Below, piece by piece: positions 8,698 to 19,770 of a DNA stretch of 64,000 nucleotides. Origin of the DNA: Bythopirellula sp. Lineage in GTDB: Bacteria > Planctomycetota > Planctomycetia > Pirellulales > Lacipirellulaceae. A program made the position numbers and the translations under genes. Below the pieces are notes generated by a model. That model worked only from the letters and a program-made list of their open reading frames with translations. It was not told the origin of the DNA and made no database searches. The stretch spans positions 4,640,001-4,704,000 of the forward strand of contig OZ244170.1 of the NCBI GenBank assembly GCA_965216565.1, read 5' to 3'. How positions within the stretch are numbered: the stretch's first letter is position 1; every line of letters begins with the position of its first letter.

Positions 8698-9021
8698 ATG
8701 TCTCGTTTTTCTGGGCTGGCTGCCATCGTGGTAGCCGTTGCCGTATGGACTAGTTCGGTGAGTTCGGCTGAGGCTTGCGGTGGCGCGGCGTGCTGCTGTC
8801 CACCTCCGCCAATTCACACCACATTGACCGTCGCACCGCCTTGCAGTTGCTGCTCGCAGGTCGTCTCTGTGTGCGTGCCTGGCTGCTGCACCGAAGCACC
8901 TTCGGTTTGCTGGCGAACAGGTTTGTTCGGTCGCCAAATTGGCACCTACACCTGGGCTGGCTGCGGCCATACCGTCAAGGTAGTGGTCACGCGTCGCGGC
9001 GATGTCCGCGTTCGTGGCTGA
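8698..9021 (+). CDS. Small secreted Cys-rich hypothetical protein
   Basis: GAGGGG RBS, signal peptide, many Cys, downstream terminator. Confidence 0.75.
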   Translation: MSRFSGLAAIVVAVAVWTSSVSSAEACGGAACCCPPPPIHTTLTVAPPCSCCSQVVSVCVPGCCTEAPSVCWRTGLFGRQIGTYTWAGCGHTVKVVVTRRGDVRVRG

Positions 9022-9044
9022 GATAGTTGATGTCGTAAAATAAG

Positions 9045-9077
9045 AAAAAGGCGGGGTCTACGGGCCTCGCCTTTTTT
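9045..9077. terminator. Rho-independent terminator (bidirectional form)
   Basis: aaaaaggcggggtc-tacg-ggcctcgcctttttt. Confidence 0.8.
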
Positions 9078-9334
9078 GCTGCGCTCCCTTTGCATGCTGA
9101 AATAGCACGCGCTTCAAAATTAGGGAGCCGAACGCGCTAGCGTCGAGTAGCATCAGGATAACGCCTAATTTTACGCTACCCGCGGCTTGCGCCGTCGGCT
9201 CAGTCATAGCTGCTCTTGGCCTTGCAAGCGGATTTTGGTCGATGCAAGCTGATCTGGCCTTAGCCGGTGGGAACCGCCATAATCCGCCGCCCAAGATCTT
9301 TCGCTTTGCCTCACCAATCCCCCGACGATCTGCC

Positions 9335-10078
9335 ATGCGCTTCCGAGTTCAACTCGACATGTTCTCAGGTCCACTAAACCTGCTGTGGTATCTGGTGCGC
9401 AAACACGAATTGGACGTCTTGAATATTCCAATCGCGCGGGTTGCCGAGCAGTACTTGGAAATGATCACGGTGATCGAAGCGATCGACGTCAACGCAGTCG
9501 GTGATTTTCTGGAGATGGCAACCCGATTGATGGAAGCCAAGTCGAAGCTGATGCTCCCCCGACAGGAAGAAGAGGAAGAGGAACTCGAAGATCCCCGGGA
9601 CGACATTGTGCAGCGACTGCTGGAATACAAGAAGTACAAAGACGCAGCTAGTTTGCTCGAAGAGCGCGGCCACCAATGGCAGCGGAGGTTTACCCGCCGA
9701 CCGAACGACTTGCCGACCGAGCGGGTCGAGGCAGCCGAGCAGCCGATCCAAGAAGTGGAGATGTGGGACCTTGTAAGTGCGTTTGCGCGAGTCATTCGAG
9801 ACAATGCGGCCGCGCAGCCCTCGAGTATTCTCTACGACGATACGCCAATCGAAGTCTACATGGAACTGATTCGCAAGCGGCTCAGTTCGGAGCAACGCAT
9901 TGCATTCACCAGTCTCTTTGAAGCCGACATGCATCGCTCGAAGCTAGTCGGGATATTTCTGGCGATTTTGGAGCTCATTCGTCATCACCACGTGCACGTC
10001 GAACAAGAAGATCTGTTCGGCGAAATCTGGGTTCTAGATAGACAAGAGTTGAACATTGAGGGACGAGAGGCGGGTTAG
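9335..10078 (+). CDS. scpA: Segregation and condensation protein A
   Basis: FSGPLNLLWYLVRK, FLEMATRLMEAKSKLMLP, FLAILEL. Confidence 0.92.
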   Translation: MRFRVQLDMFSGPLNLLWYLVRKHELDVLNIPIARVAEQYLEMITVIEAIDVNAVGDFLEMATRLMEAKSKLMLPRQEEEEEELEDPRDDIVQRLLEYKKYKDAASLLEERGHQWQRRFTRRPNDLPTERVEAAEQPIQEVEMWDLVSAFARVIRDNAAAQPSSILYDDTPIEVYMELIRKRLSSEQRIAFTSLFEADMHRSKLVGIFLAILELIRHHHVHVEQEDLFGEIWVLDRQELNIEGREAG

Positions 10079-10305
10079 CCACCTGTCCTGTCAGGGTCCG
10101 CCGAGGAATCTGTAGCAGCGAGAATCGATCGCCTAGGGACCAGCTTGAATAGTTCACGATCCTAGCCGGATTTCTCTCGACACTGGACTCCCATCTCTTG
10201 TCTCTCCGCTAGCCAAGCCTTTCCGAAACGTGTTCTGCGATCTACGATGGGTGATTCGCAACCACGCTCCAGCCACCACTGATAGCCACACCCTTAGGAA
10301 CCAAG

Positions 10306-11145
10306 ATGGTCGAAAATGCCCCGGTCCAAACGCTTGAGCACAACGGTCTGACGATCGAGGGCTACTCGCGCGCTGCCGTCCAAACGTATTGGCGGATCCC
10401 GGAGCTGAAAATCGGCTTCGACCTGGGGGCCCAGCCTTGGTCGTTTATGGGCACCGAATCTTGGTTCGTCTCGCATGGCCATTTGGATCACATCGCCGCA
10501 CTGCCTATCTATGTTGCCCGTCGTCGGATGATGAAGATGGAACCACCGACCATCTATTTGCCAGAATGCCTGGTGGAACCTTGCCAGCGGATCATGCATT
10601 TGTTTAGCCGAATGGATCGAGGGCGGATGCCTTGCGAGTTGGTCCCTCTAGAACCTGATCAGGAGATCGAGCTTTCGCGGGAATTGGTGGTTACCACTTC
10701 CGCAACCAAGCATACAGTTCCTTCGCTCGGTTACGTTGTCTGGGAGCGTCGCAACAAACTGAAGCCTGAGTATCGCAACTTGCCGGGAGACAAGATTCGC
10801 GATCTTCGATTGAGCGGAGAAGAGGTCACTGACGAGATTCGACAGCCTCTCTTGGCTTACGCAGGCGACACCGCTCCCAAAGGTTTGGACGACTGCCCGG
10901 CCATGTACCAAGCCAAAGTGCTCATCTGTGAAATGACATTCGTCGCGCCCGAACATCGCAAAGACAAAATCCACAAATTCGGGCATATGCATCTGGATGA
11001 CTTTGTCGAGCGGAGCGACCGATTCCAGAACGAGTTGATTGTCGCTTCCCATCTCAGCACGCGTTACCACCCACGAGTGGTAGAGCGAACCGTGCATCGT
11101 GCGTTTCCAGATATGCTTGATGGACGACTCAAGCTCTGGCTCTAA
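10306..11145 (+). CDS. MBL-fold hydrolase, RNase Z-like
   Basis: SHGHLDH, AYAGDT, CEMTF, HMH, SHLSTRY. Confidence 0.8.
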   Translation: MVENAPVQTLEHNGLTIEGYSRAAVQTYWRIPELKIGFDLGAQPWSFMGTESWFVSHGHLDHIAALPIYVARRRMMKMEPPTIYLPECLVEPCQRIMHLFSRMDRGRMPCELVPLEPDQEIELSRELVVTTSATKHTVPSLGYVVWERRNKLKPEYRNLPGDKIRDLRLSGEEVTDEIRQPLLAYAGDTAPKGLDDCPAMYQAKVLICEMTFVAPEHRKDKIHKFGHMHLDDFVERSDRFQNELIVASHLSTRYHPRVVERTVHRAFPDMLDGRLKLWL

Positions 11146-11389
11146 GGGGAATACCCGCCTCTGCCTCCCATAAGGCTTCAGCGGAACTTCCAGAGTTTTT
11201 CGCGTGATTTCCAGATTACCGGCGACTAAGGTCTTCGGAACGAGGAGTTTGCTTCCTCCTGGGGAACCTTTTGCTGGCATGTTGTATCTCAAAGATCAAT
11301 CGCATAGTTTGAAATCTTGGAGGTTCTCAGTCCTAGGTCTTAGGGTCGTAACTTACCATTTGCGTCACTCACTCTCGGGAGCAGTGGTC

Positions 11390-13999
11390 ATGCCTATCAC
11401 TAGCAAGATTAGAGCCACATTCATCGCTTGCGGAACTGCGGCTCTGTGCACACTGGCTATGCTGATTTCGGCAGCTCAAGCCCAACAGGGTGATTCGGGC
11501 TTCAAGTACTTAGAGGTCAAGCTTGTGGATTCCGAGGGAAATGCACCCAGCGATGCGGGTGTAGAAGTGACGATGGACGGAATAAGTTTTCCCATGATGG
11601 CAAGTGACGAAGGCATTGTTTCCCTAAACGTGCCCTCCAGCGGTGGAAATGGACTGCAACTGAAAGTCGATTGCGAGGGATTCGCTTCGACAGTTGTCTC
11701 ATGGTCGAGAGACCAGACTATTCCCACCGAGTACACCATCAAAATGCAAAAAGCAGTTGAGATTGGTGGCATTGTTCACGACGAGCAGGGTCAGCCAGTC
11801 GAGGGTGCGACCGTCGTGGCCAGTAACCCGCTTGATCGAATGACCCGCGGAGTTTTGGCAGCGACAATCAGTGGTGAGCTTGGTTCGACCGATTCCGAAG
11901 GCCGCTGGAACTATGCCAAAGCTCCCGACAAGAAAATAAACGTCTTCCTGAAAGTTTCCCATCCCGATTATCTGGACGACAACATGCGTCATCCAGTGAC
12001 CTACGATCAGCTGCGAGCGAAAGATCATGTACTCGTCTTGAAGAAAGGCATTGAGCTACGAGGTACAGTGACCGACTCACTCGGGATGCCTGTCGAAGGG
12101 GCCAAGATCGCACTGGGGAGCAACCTGGGTTCCAAGGATCACGAACAATTTACCGATGACAAGGGCAATTATGTGTTCGGCAACCTGCTCCCTGGCAGTG
12201 TTGTGATGACTGTCTATTCTCCCGACTATGCACCCGAGTTGAAGGTATTGCCAACAGTATCTGGCATGGAACCGGTCGATATCCAACTCGATCGGGGCAA
12301 GCCGATGAGAATCCGGGTAACCGATCCCGATGGCCAGCCAATCGCGGGAGTTGGAGTTGTTGCCGATACCTGGCGTGGTCAGCGAACGCTTTATCAACTC
12401 GGCATGCCATCTCGTACCGATAGCGAAGGGCTTTGTGTTTGGAAGCATGCTCCCACGGACGAGATGCAATACGACTTTTGGCATGGCGATCACATGTCAC
12501 TGCGAAATCAGAAGCTGACCGCTGGGAGAGAGGTACACGAAATCGAGCTTCCCTGGCCTCTGGAACTAACTGGCACCGTGGTCGATGCTGATACCGATGC
12601 CCCCATTGAGAAGTTCGAGATCGTCCAGGGAATGCGATACAACGGCAGAAACAATCGAATCCATTGGGAGCGTTACAACATCAAGCAAGGTAGGCAAGGC
12701 AAGTTCAATGTGAAATATACCGAGCCACGTCCCGAACATTTAGTTCGAATTGAAGCAGTCGGGTATAGGCCTGTGGTCTCTAGAGGGATTAAGAGTGACG
12801 AGGGACTCGTCGAATTGGAGTTTAAGCTGGAAAAAGGTACCGGCCCCAGCGGCGTAGTGACCTTGCCAGATGGTTCTCCCGCAGCGGGTGTAGAAGTGGT
12901 GATGGCAAGCGGAAACAGTCCGACTTCCATTCAGAACGGTTCCGCTGTGCATAGTGAGGGCGTGAAAGTAGTCACCGACGAAGACGGACAATACCAGCTA
13001 CCGTATCCAGACGGTGAATATCTTGTCGTCTTCTTACACGAACAAGGGTGGAGGCAACTTAGCGGCGAGCAACTTGACCAATCAACAGACGTCCAATTGC
13101 AAGAATGGGCTCGAGTTCAAGGAGTGGCGAAAGCGGGGGCAGAGCCAGTGGCCAACGAGCAAGTCTCCTTGAATTTCGCAGCGACCAGATACGATCCCGA
13201 TCGACCGCAGGTCTATTGGAATTACTACGCGAATACCGATGCTCATGGAAACTTCGCGATTGAGAAAGTGAAGAGCGGATCGGCCACGGTTGCCCGAATG
13301 GTATCTATCGGAGGCAACGCAAATGGCGTTGGACGTATTTCGACCAATTCACATACGACGCCGGTCGATCTCAAGTCTGGCGAAACGGCCCAGGTGCAAA
13401 TTGGAGGTACGGGTCGGCGAGTGAAAGGCAAATTCACCGTCGACAAAGAACTTGAGTCGGTTGTCTCTTGGTCGATGGCGCAAGTGCAGTTCTACGAGCA
13501 GCCTCCACAGATGAATTCTGCGGGAGGGTTCTTCTATCAATGGGGCAAAGCAGTTGCTGAAGGCAGTGGTTGGGCACCGTCCACGACTATTGCCGCGCAG
13601 CAGCAACCAGATTTTCGGCGCAGCTATGCGACCGGAGTCAATGAACAGGGCGAGTTCGAGCTATTTGACGTCCACCCGGGAACTTATAACTTTGGCGTGA
13701 CGATCTACGAGAAGCCAGTTGGCAACAACTTCAATTGGAACTCCATCGGTAGATTTAACAAAAGGGTGGTAATCCCCAAGAGTCAAACCGAGGAGGACAA
13801 GGGAACTCCCGGCGACAACGAAAATGACGAACCCATAGAGTTGGGGGAATACAATGTGGAAATCGTCGTCAACAACCCTTCAAACAACGCAGCTTTTATT
13901 CAAGTCGCACCTCCGCAAACAAACGCTGTATTTGAGATAGAGGTGAAGGAGGAACCAGTAGAACTCGAAACCGCGACCGATGAGGCAATAGCCGAATAG
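11390..13999 (+). CDS. Secreted protein with repeated carboxypeptidase-regulatory-like domains
   Basis: Signal peptide; repeated G.V.D..G.PV.GA.V and TD..G.Y motifs; start placed at MPIT. Confidence 0.8.
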   Translation: MPITSKIRATFIACGTAALCTLAMLISAAQAQQGDSGFKYLEVKLVDSEGNAPSDAGVEVTMDGISFPMMASDEGIVSLNVPSSGGNGLQLKVDCEGFASTVVSWSRDQTIPTEYTIKMQKAVEIGGIVHDEQGQPVEGATVVASNPLDRMTRGVLAATISGELGSTDSEGRWNYAKAPDKKINVFLKVSHPDYLDDNMRHPVTYDQLRAKDHVLVLKKGIELRGTVTDSLGMPVEGAKIALGSNLGSKDHEQFTDDKGNYVFGNLLPGSVVMTVYSPDYAPELKVLPTVSGMEPVDIQLDRGKPMRIRVTDPDGQPIAGVGVVADTWRGQRTLYQLGMPSRTDSEGLCVWKHAPTDEMQYDFWHGDHMSLRNQKLTAGREVHEIELPWPLELTGTVVDADTDAPIEKFEIVQGMRYNGRNNRIHWERYNIKQGRQGKFNVKYTEPRPEHLVRIEAVGYRPVVSRGIKSDEGLVELEFKLEKGTGPSGVVTLPDGSPAAGVEVVMASGNSPTSIQNGSAVHSEGVKVVTDEDGQYQLPYPDGEYLVVFLHEQGWRQLSGEQLDQSTDVQLQEWARVQGVAKAGAEPVANEQVSLNFAATRYDPDRPQVYWNYYANTDAHGNFAIEKVKSGSATVARMVSIGGNANGVGRISTNSHTTPVDLKSGETAQVQIGGTGRRVKGKFTVDKELESVVSWSMAQVQFYEQPPQMNSAGGFFYQWGKAVAEGSGWAPSTTIAAQQQPDFRRSYATGVNEQGEFELFDVHPGTYNFGVTIYEKPVGNNFNWNSIGRFNKRVVIPKSQTEEDKGTPGDNENDEPIELGEYNVEIVVNNPSNNAAFIQVAPPQTNAVFEIEVKEEPVELETATDEAIAE

Positions 14000-14012
14000 A
14001 GGAGTAATTCCT

Positions 14013-16088
14013 CTAATGTACTCGCTGCCCTGGCACGGCACCTTCGTCTGGCGAGAGTAGGAACACTTCCTCGCCACCGGGCCCGCTCGCGACGACCATG
14101 CCTTCGCTCATGCCAAATTTCATCTTGCGTGGCGCAAGATTAGCAACGCACACCACGAGTCGTCCGACGAGTTTCTCAGGCTCGTAGGCGGCTTTGATAC
14201 CCGCAAATACCTGCTTGTACTCGCCGCCGCCCAGGCTGAGTTTCAGCTTCAGCAGTTTGCGCGCGTCCGGTACCTGTTCAGCCTCGACCACTCGGGCGAC
14301 TCGCAGGTCTACCTTGGTGAACTCGTCGTAAGTACACTCCTCAGCCATGGGTTCCGCAGCGAGTGCGTCGCCTGAGTCTTTCCAGGAGTCGCTCGGGGCG
14401 AATTCCCGCGATGCTGAAGTATCGCTCGCCGGTGCCTGGTCTGTGGGCTGTTCTGCTTTGCTTTCATCAATCATCGCGTTCAGGTCCTTTTCTTCAACTC
14501 GTTGGAGCATGTGTTTAAATTTGGCAACCGGCTTGCCCGTCAGCGGGGTTCTCGCCTGGTCCCAACTGGTAATCGGATCTCCCAGCAAATCGCCGGTTTG
14601 CTGGGCAAGGCGCGGTAGTACAGGGGCTAAATAAATCGCCAATTGCCGGAATAAATTGAGAGCAATTGTGCAGACGTCCTGCAATCGCTGGGCCTGATCG
14701 GCATCTTTGCGCAACTCCCAGGGTTTGTTCTCCTCGACGAACGGATTGGCTCGATCGGCAAGAGCCATGATCAGTCGCATGGCTTTGTTAAAGTCGCAGG
14801 CTTCGTAAGCCGCGGCTATCTCATCCCCCTGTTCGGCGGCGTGCTCAAAGAGCCCGCCATCATCGGGGTAGCTTTCGGAAAGGCCGGTCTTGGCCAGGAA
14901 CTTTGCCGAACGACTGGCCAAATTGATCACCTTACCGACCAGATCCGTATTTACCTTGGCCGCAAACTCTTCGAGCGAGAGATCGAGATCGTCCACACGC
15001 GGCGAAAGTTTAGTGGCGTAGAAATATCGCAAGTAGCTTGGATCGAGATGATTCAAGTACGTCCGCGCCATGACGAAGGTACCCTTGCTCTTCGACATTT
15101 TTTCGCCATCAACGGTCAGAAACCCGTGAATGTGAACCTTCGTCGGTAGATTGTAGCCAGCAGTCTTGAGCATGCCTGGCCAGAACAAGGTATGGAAATA
15201 GGTAATGTCTTTGCCGATGAAGTGATGAATTTCTGTATCAGAAGATTTCCACCAGGAATCGAAGTCCGCGCCGGTTCGATCGCACCATTGCCGTGTCGAA
15301 GCCATGTAGCCAATGGGGGCATCGAACCAGACGTACCAGAAGTTGCCTGGGCTATCGGGAATCTCAAACCCAAAGTAGGGCGCAGGGCGGGAGATATCCC
15401 AATCACGGAGTGGATCGCCTAGAAAATGGCCCTTCAGATAGTTGGCAATCTCCGGCTGCAGAGAATCTCCAGACTGGGTCCACTCTTCGAGAAACCCGTG
15501 CAGCTGCTCCAGTTCGATGAATAAATGCTTCGCGGAACGCACCTCCGGTGTGGAACCGCTCAGAGTACTCTTGGGATCGATCAAATCGGCCGGACTGTAT
15601 TGATGCCCGCATACACTGCAGTTGTCGCCCGGCTGCTCGGTCGCATTGCACTTGGGACAGGTGCCCCGAACGAAGCGATCGGCTAGAAATGTTCCAGCCT
15701 CGACATCAAACAGTTGCTCGACATCATCTTCCTTAACGAGGCCCGCCTTACGAATCGATTGCCAAATCTCTGTGCACAGCGTGCGATTCTCCTCGCTATG
15801 CGTACTACCGTAGTTGTCGAATTCGATGCCAAACTTCGCGAAGTCCTCCTCGTGAGCCGTTTGCATTTCTGCAATCAGATCTTCTTCGCTCCGACCCTCT
15901 TGTTGGGCGCGAAGCATAATGGCTGTGCCGTGGGTGTCGTCGGCACACATGTAGCGGCAATCGTGCCCGCGCAGCTTTTGAAACCGTACCCAGAAGTCGG
16001 TCATCAGGTATTCGACCAGATGACCAATGTGGATGTGTCCATTGGCATACGGCAAGGCAGAGGTTACTAGGATGCGGCGTGGAGTCAT
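14013..16088 (-). CDS. metG: Methionine--tRNA ligase with C-terminal tRNA-binding domain
   Basis: [13 protein letters not shown], Zn knuckle, KMSKS, C-terminal OB fold. Confidence 0.98.
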   Translation of the reverse strand: MTPRRILVTSALPYANGHIHIGHLVEYLMTDFWVRFQKLRGHDCRYMCADDTHGTAIMLRAQQEGRSEEDLIAEMQTAHEEDFAKFGIEFDNYGSTHSEENRTLCTEIWQSIRKAGLVKEDDVEQLFDVEAGTFLADRFVRGTCPKCNATEQPGDNCSVCGHQYSPADLIDPKSTLSGSTPEVRSAKHLFIELEQLHGFLEEWTQSGDSLQPEIANYLKGHFLGDPLRDWDISRPAPYFGFEIPDSPGNFWYVWFDAPIGYMASTRQWCDRTGADFDSWWKSSDTEIHHFIGKDITYFHTLFWPGMLKTAGYNLPTKVHIHGFLTVDGEKMSKSKGTFVMARTYLNHLDPSYLRYFYATKLSPRVDDLDLSLEEFAAKVNTDLVGKVINLASRSAKFLAKTGLSESYPDDGGLFEHAAEQGDEIAAAYEACDFNKAMRLIMALADRANPFVEENKPWELRKDADQAQRLQDVCTIALNLFRQLAIYLAPVLPRLAQQTGDLLGDPITSWDQARTPLTGKPVAKFKHMLQRVEEKDLNAMIDESKAEQPTDQAPASDTSASREFAPSDSWKDSGDALAAEPMAEECTYDEFTKVDLRVARVVEAEQVPDARKLLKLKLSLGGGEYKQVFAGIKAAYEPEKLVGRLVVCVANLAPRKMKFGMSEGMVVASGPGGEEVFLLSPDEGAVPGQRVH

Positions 16089-16236
16089 GGATTGCGTTGC
16101 GTCGTGAAAAACGTTTGGGGCGAGAATCTATTTCAGGCGAGAAAATAATTCATGCTATCACTGCTGCTATTACGGTATGTGAGTAACTCAGATTCGTCAT
16201 TGTAGCGGCGCTCTGGCTAGCTCGGGAACCCACGTT

Positions 16237-16251
16237 TGGCATAGCAAATGC
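16237..16251 (+). promoter_or_regulatory. Possible sigma-54 -24/-12 promoter
   Basis: TGGCATAGCAAATGC, GG-N10-GC. Confidence 0.4.
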
Positions 16252-16478
16252 ACTAGATAAACCATCGTTTTGATCATCCCGCATGAGGATGCTCGTCACA
16301 GCATTTGCAAGGTAATTCAGCATGTTCAACTTGGTGTCTGGCGTTCGCCCGGCGAGTTGATCTTGTAAGTTTTACTAAAGTTAGGGAAAGTGCCGCCTCG
16401 CTCCTCTGCCAGATCCCAGAAAAGGGTGGATGGCCAGAGGTAAGTAGGCAGCGAATTGATATCCCGCAGTAGACCGTT

Positions 16479-16530
16479 GCCAAGCAGTGCCAAAGGCCAA
16501 GCAGTGTCAAAGGCCAAGCAGTGTCAAAGG
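16479..16530 (+). repeat. 3 x 17-bp tandem repeat
   Basis: gccaagcagtgYcaaag at 16479, 16496 and 16513. Confidence 0.9.
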
Positions 16531-16662
16531 ATTGATGCTGTCGTTCGGTGTGTTTCACACGTTGGACGTTCCTCCGAACTTGTTCGGAACAAAATAACGA
16601 ATACACCAGCTAAGCATCGCTTAGCCCTATTACCTACGACCAGGTATCCATGGAGGGAACCG

Positions 16663-18261
16663 ATGGTCATGTCGAGAAAAGCGTATCTTCTCATTCTGCT
16701 CAGTGTATTGGCTTCGTCGCCCTGCGCCGCCAAAACTGTGTTGCTCGATTTCAGCTCAGCTTCGTGCCTGCCTTGCCGTCGGATGCGTCCCACCGTTGAT
16801 CGAATCAAACGCGCCGGCTACGAAGTGCAGGAAATCAGCATCGATCGCCAACCGCAAGTTGCTGCGCGCTATGGTGTGACCCGCGTGCCGACTTTCATTG
16901 TTGTCTCGGATCAAAAAGTTAAATCGCGACTCACGGGAACCACAAGTTTCGAGCAACTGAAGGAAATGCTCGACCGTGCCAATGCTCGAGTGATCCCCGC
17001 CCAGGCTCACGGAAATGCACCAGTAGTGCCTTTGAGCCCATCCGCAAGCGCGCTGTCACCCAATCAAGATCTAACTCAGCCTCAACCGGGGCGTGTGCTC
17101 GCTATTCAGGACCCGAACCCCCATCCTCAACAGCAGCTACAAGCCACAGGGAACCCGTTTCCTCAACCTGCCCCAAGACAAACGGTGGCTCAGCCAGGTT
17201 CGGGGGCGACACCTTCGGGAGTCGACGAGCGACGGTTAATTGAAGCGACGGTTAAGATCTCGGTGAAAGATCCGGACGGGACCTCCGCCGGTACAGGCAC
17301 TCTCGTAGATGCACGTGAGGGCGAAGCGCTAGTTCTCACCTGTGGTCACCTGTTCCGCACTTCTGAGGGCAAAGGACAAATCACCGTCACCCTCTATCAA
17401 ATGGGGCAAGCAGGTGCAGAAGTCAGGACCACGCTAACTGGGAGCCTAATTCACTATGATCTCCAACGCGACCTAGCACTAGTCAGCGTTCGCCCCGATG
17501 TTTCGATAAGCCCGATTGCCATAGGATCCCCGCAAGTTCAGTTCACTGCCGGCGAATCGGTAGTTTCAATTGGTTGCAACACGGGGCACAACCCTACAGC
17601 AGTCAGTTCGCAAATTACAACAGTTGATCGCTACCAAGGGTATTCAAACGTCGAAGTTGCCGGTGCTCCTATTGAAGGACGTAGTGGTGGCGGATTATTC
17701 AATGCTCAGGGGCATCTCATTGGCGTCTGCTATGCCGCCGACCCTCAGGGGAACGAAGGGCTGTATGCTTCGTTGCCATCAATTCACGAAAAGCTCAATG
17801 AGCTCAAGCTCTCGATGGTGTATCAGCGCCAAGCTCCGGTAGTCCCGACGGCACCTGCCCAAATGGCTTCCCCGGCTCCAACTGCGTCGCTCGCTTCTCA
17901 CGCAGAACCTCCACAGGATCCATTCCAAGTTCGCGGGCAAAACGTAGTTTCCCAGCCCCAATCTGCCATTCCTCAAGCGGCGGTTTCCGCTGCCCCTCAG
18001 CCTGTCCAGCCTGAGGCTACGCTTGCCAGTTCGAATTTGAGCCCCGCCGAGCAGGCAACACTCGAAGAAATCGCTTCACGGGGCGCAAGTTCCGAAGTGA
18101 TCTGCATCATCAGACCTCATTCACCGAACGGTAAAAGCGAGGTCATAACTCTACGGAGTGCGTCTCCTGAGTTTGTGCAGGCACTGGTCCAACAGAGACA
18201 ATCCACTACCGCGAGTTCTGCCGAGACGGCTACCGCGTCCGTAGGCGGTACGTACCGCTAG
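16663..18261 (+). CDS. Secreted thioredoxin-domain plus trypsin-like serine protease fusion
   Basis: GGAGG RBS, signal peptide, CLPC and YGVTRVPTF, LTCGH / DLAL / GRSGGGL triad. Confidence 0.85.
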   Translation: MVMSRKAYLLILLSVLASSPCAAKTVLLDFSSASCLPCRRMRPTVDRIKRAGYEVQEISIDRQPQVAARYGVTRVPTFIVVSDQKVKSRLTGTTSFEQLKEMLDRANARVIPAQAHGNAPVVPLSPSASALSPNQDLTQPQPGRVLAIQDPNPHPQQQLQATGNPFPQPAPRQTVAQPGSGATPSGVDERRLIEATVKISVKDPDGTSAGTGTLVDAREGEALVLTCGHLFRTSEGKGQITVTLYQMGQAGAEVRTTLTGSLIHYDLQRDLALVSVRPDVSISPIAIGSPQVQFTAGESVVSIGCNTGHNPTAVSSQITTVDRYQGYSNVEVAGAPIEGRSGGGLFNAQGHLIGVCYAADPQGNEGLYASLPSIHEKLNELKLSMVYQRQAPVVPTAPAQMASPAPTASLASHAEPPQDPFQVRGQNVVSQPQSAIPQAAVSAAPQPVQPEATLASSNLSPAEQATLEEIASRGASSEVICIIRPHSPNGKSEVITLRSASPEFVQALVQQRQSTTASSAETATASVGGTYR

Positions 18262-18391
18262 GTGTTACAACTGGCGCAAGCCGCATATCTGGGGTGAGCC
18301 ACCGAAAATAGGACCGGAGGCTCTGTGTAACGTAAGCTTGAGGGAACCTTAGTTTGGTACACCCCTTGCGCACATTCTCTGGAGCATCCCC

Positions 18392-19159
18392 GTGACTCTG
18401 CTGGTTGTATTCCTTTCCGTCACCAATATTGCAATTGGCTATGGATTGGCAATCTACTTAGGCCAAGCCGCCCTACCGTGGCAAACAGTCTCGATTCCTG
18501 CTGGCAAGAAGGCGGCTTTACCTAAGCCTGCCACAGTGAAAGCGCCTGCTCCGCAAGTCGAAACACAACCTTTGCCCCCCTCTCCGCAGGAATCTGAGAA
18601 GCCAGAAGCGGAAGCTGCTGAACCAGTTGCCCAACAGAGTGAAGAGACCGTAGCACCGGAATCAGTCGAACCAGCCGCTCAGCAGGAATCTCAAAGTTCT
18701 GCAGCAACAAGCGACCCCGAGCCCCCTGCTTCGGAGCCTGCCCCAGCAGCAGAGCCGCCATCCGTTGAAGAACCACCAGCAGAGGACGTAGCACAGCAGC
18801 CGGCAGAACCAGCAGGCGATATGAGCGAAACTGTCGAGATGAACGTTGCCGATCGCTTAGACGAAAGAGCTCAGGACGAAGACGAAGCACCAGAAGCAGA
18901 AGCTCTGGTTCCTACCCAAGGCACTGAGACCGAAAGCAGCGAACTCGAGCCTAACCAAGAGCCCGAGACGGAGTCGTCCAGCGAACCTGAAACTGGCGAA
19001 GTTGCCGATATCGCCGAAGAACCCGAAGCCACCGAAGAGCCTCAAGCTGCTGAAGAAGCTGCCGAGGAAGAGTTCGACGAGGCCGCCCTGCTCCGTGGCA
19101 TCGGAGATTTCCAAAAACAACTCATGCAGCAGCAAGAGTTATCGAAAATCAAGAACTAG
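18392..19159 (+). CDS. Membrane-anchored acidic Pro/Glu/Ala-rich hypothetical protein
   Basis: GGAG RBS, N-terminal TM helix, low-complexity body. Confidence 0.7.
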   Translation: MTLLVVFLSVTNIAIGYGLAIYLGQAALPWQTVSIPAGKKAALPKPATVKAPAPQVETQPLPPSPQESEKPEAEAAEPVAQQSEETVAPESVEPAAQQESQSSAATSDPEPPASEPAPAAEPPSVEEPPAEDVAQQPAEPAGDMSETVEMNVADRLDERAQDEDEAPEAEALVPTQGTETESSELEPNQEPETESSSEPETGEVADIAEEPEATEEPQAAEEAAEEEFDEAALLRGIGDFQKQLMQQQELSKIKN

Positions 19160-19175
19160 CTCGGTTTGCACCCAC

Positions 19176-19640
19176 TTAATCGGCTAGTTCAAAGATTGCT
19201 TCGATCTCCACGGCTACCCCTGCCGGTAGCGAGACAGCGCCAATGGCACTCCGCGCGGCAATGCCCGCCTCTTCGCCGAAGACATCTCGCATCAGTTCAC
19301 TAAAACCGTTAATGACCGCTGGCTGCGCGATAAAGTCGGGCGTGCAATTGACAAGTCCAACGGTCTTTACCAGCCGCTTCACTCGATCGAGCGAACCACA
19401 GTGCGCTTGCAAAGTCGCTAGAACAGCCAAGCCGGTTTGACGAGCGGCCTGGTTGCCGGCATCAGTATCGAGGTCATCGCCCAAACGTCCTTTAATCATG
19501 CTGCCATCGGGAAGCAGAGGTAGATGCCCCGAGAGATGAAGCAAATTGCCCACCGTGACAATCGGTCGATAAAGACCAATTGCCTTGGGGGCCGGTGGTA
19601 GTTCCAAGTTCAGGATCTTAATCTGGGCATCGGCTGACAT
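19176..19640 (-). CDS. RidA/YjgF family protein
   Basis: VINGFSEL, ARSAIGAVSLP, VEIEAI. Confidence 0.9.
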   Translation of the reverse strand: MSADAQIKILNLELPPAPKAIGLYRPIVTVGNLLHLSGHLPLLPDGSMIKGRLGDDLDTDAGNQAARQTGLAVLATLQAHCGSLDRVKRLVKTVGLVNCTPDFIAQPAVINGFSELMRDVFGEEAGIAARSAIGAVSLPAGVAVEIEAIFELAD

Positions 19641-19770
19641 AGATATTCCTCAATATGCAATATGGTAGTCCCATGAGTTTGCGACTGGATGGTAGTGCCA
19701 GGTTTCTCGCTGAATAGATTGAACAGGCGAGGCAATTTTCGGGAACATTCTCTACATTCGGGAATATTCT

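Noticed and set aside
16479..16530. Mini CRISPR array
   Set aside because: Units are contiguous with no spacers, and no cas genes are present.
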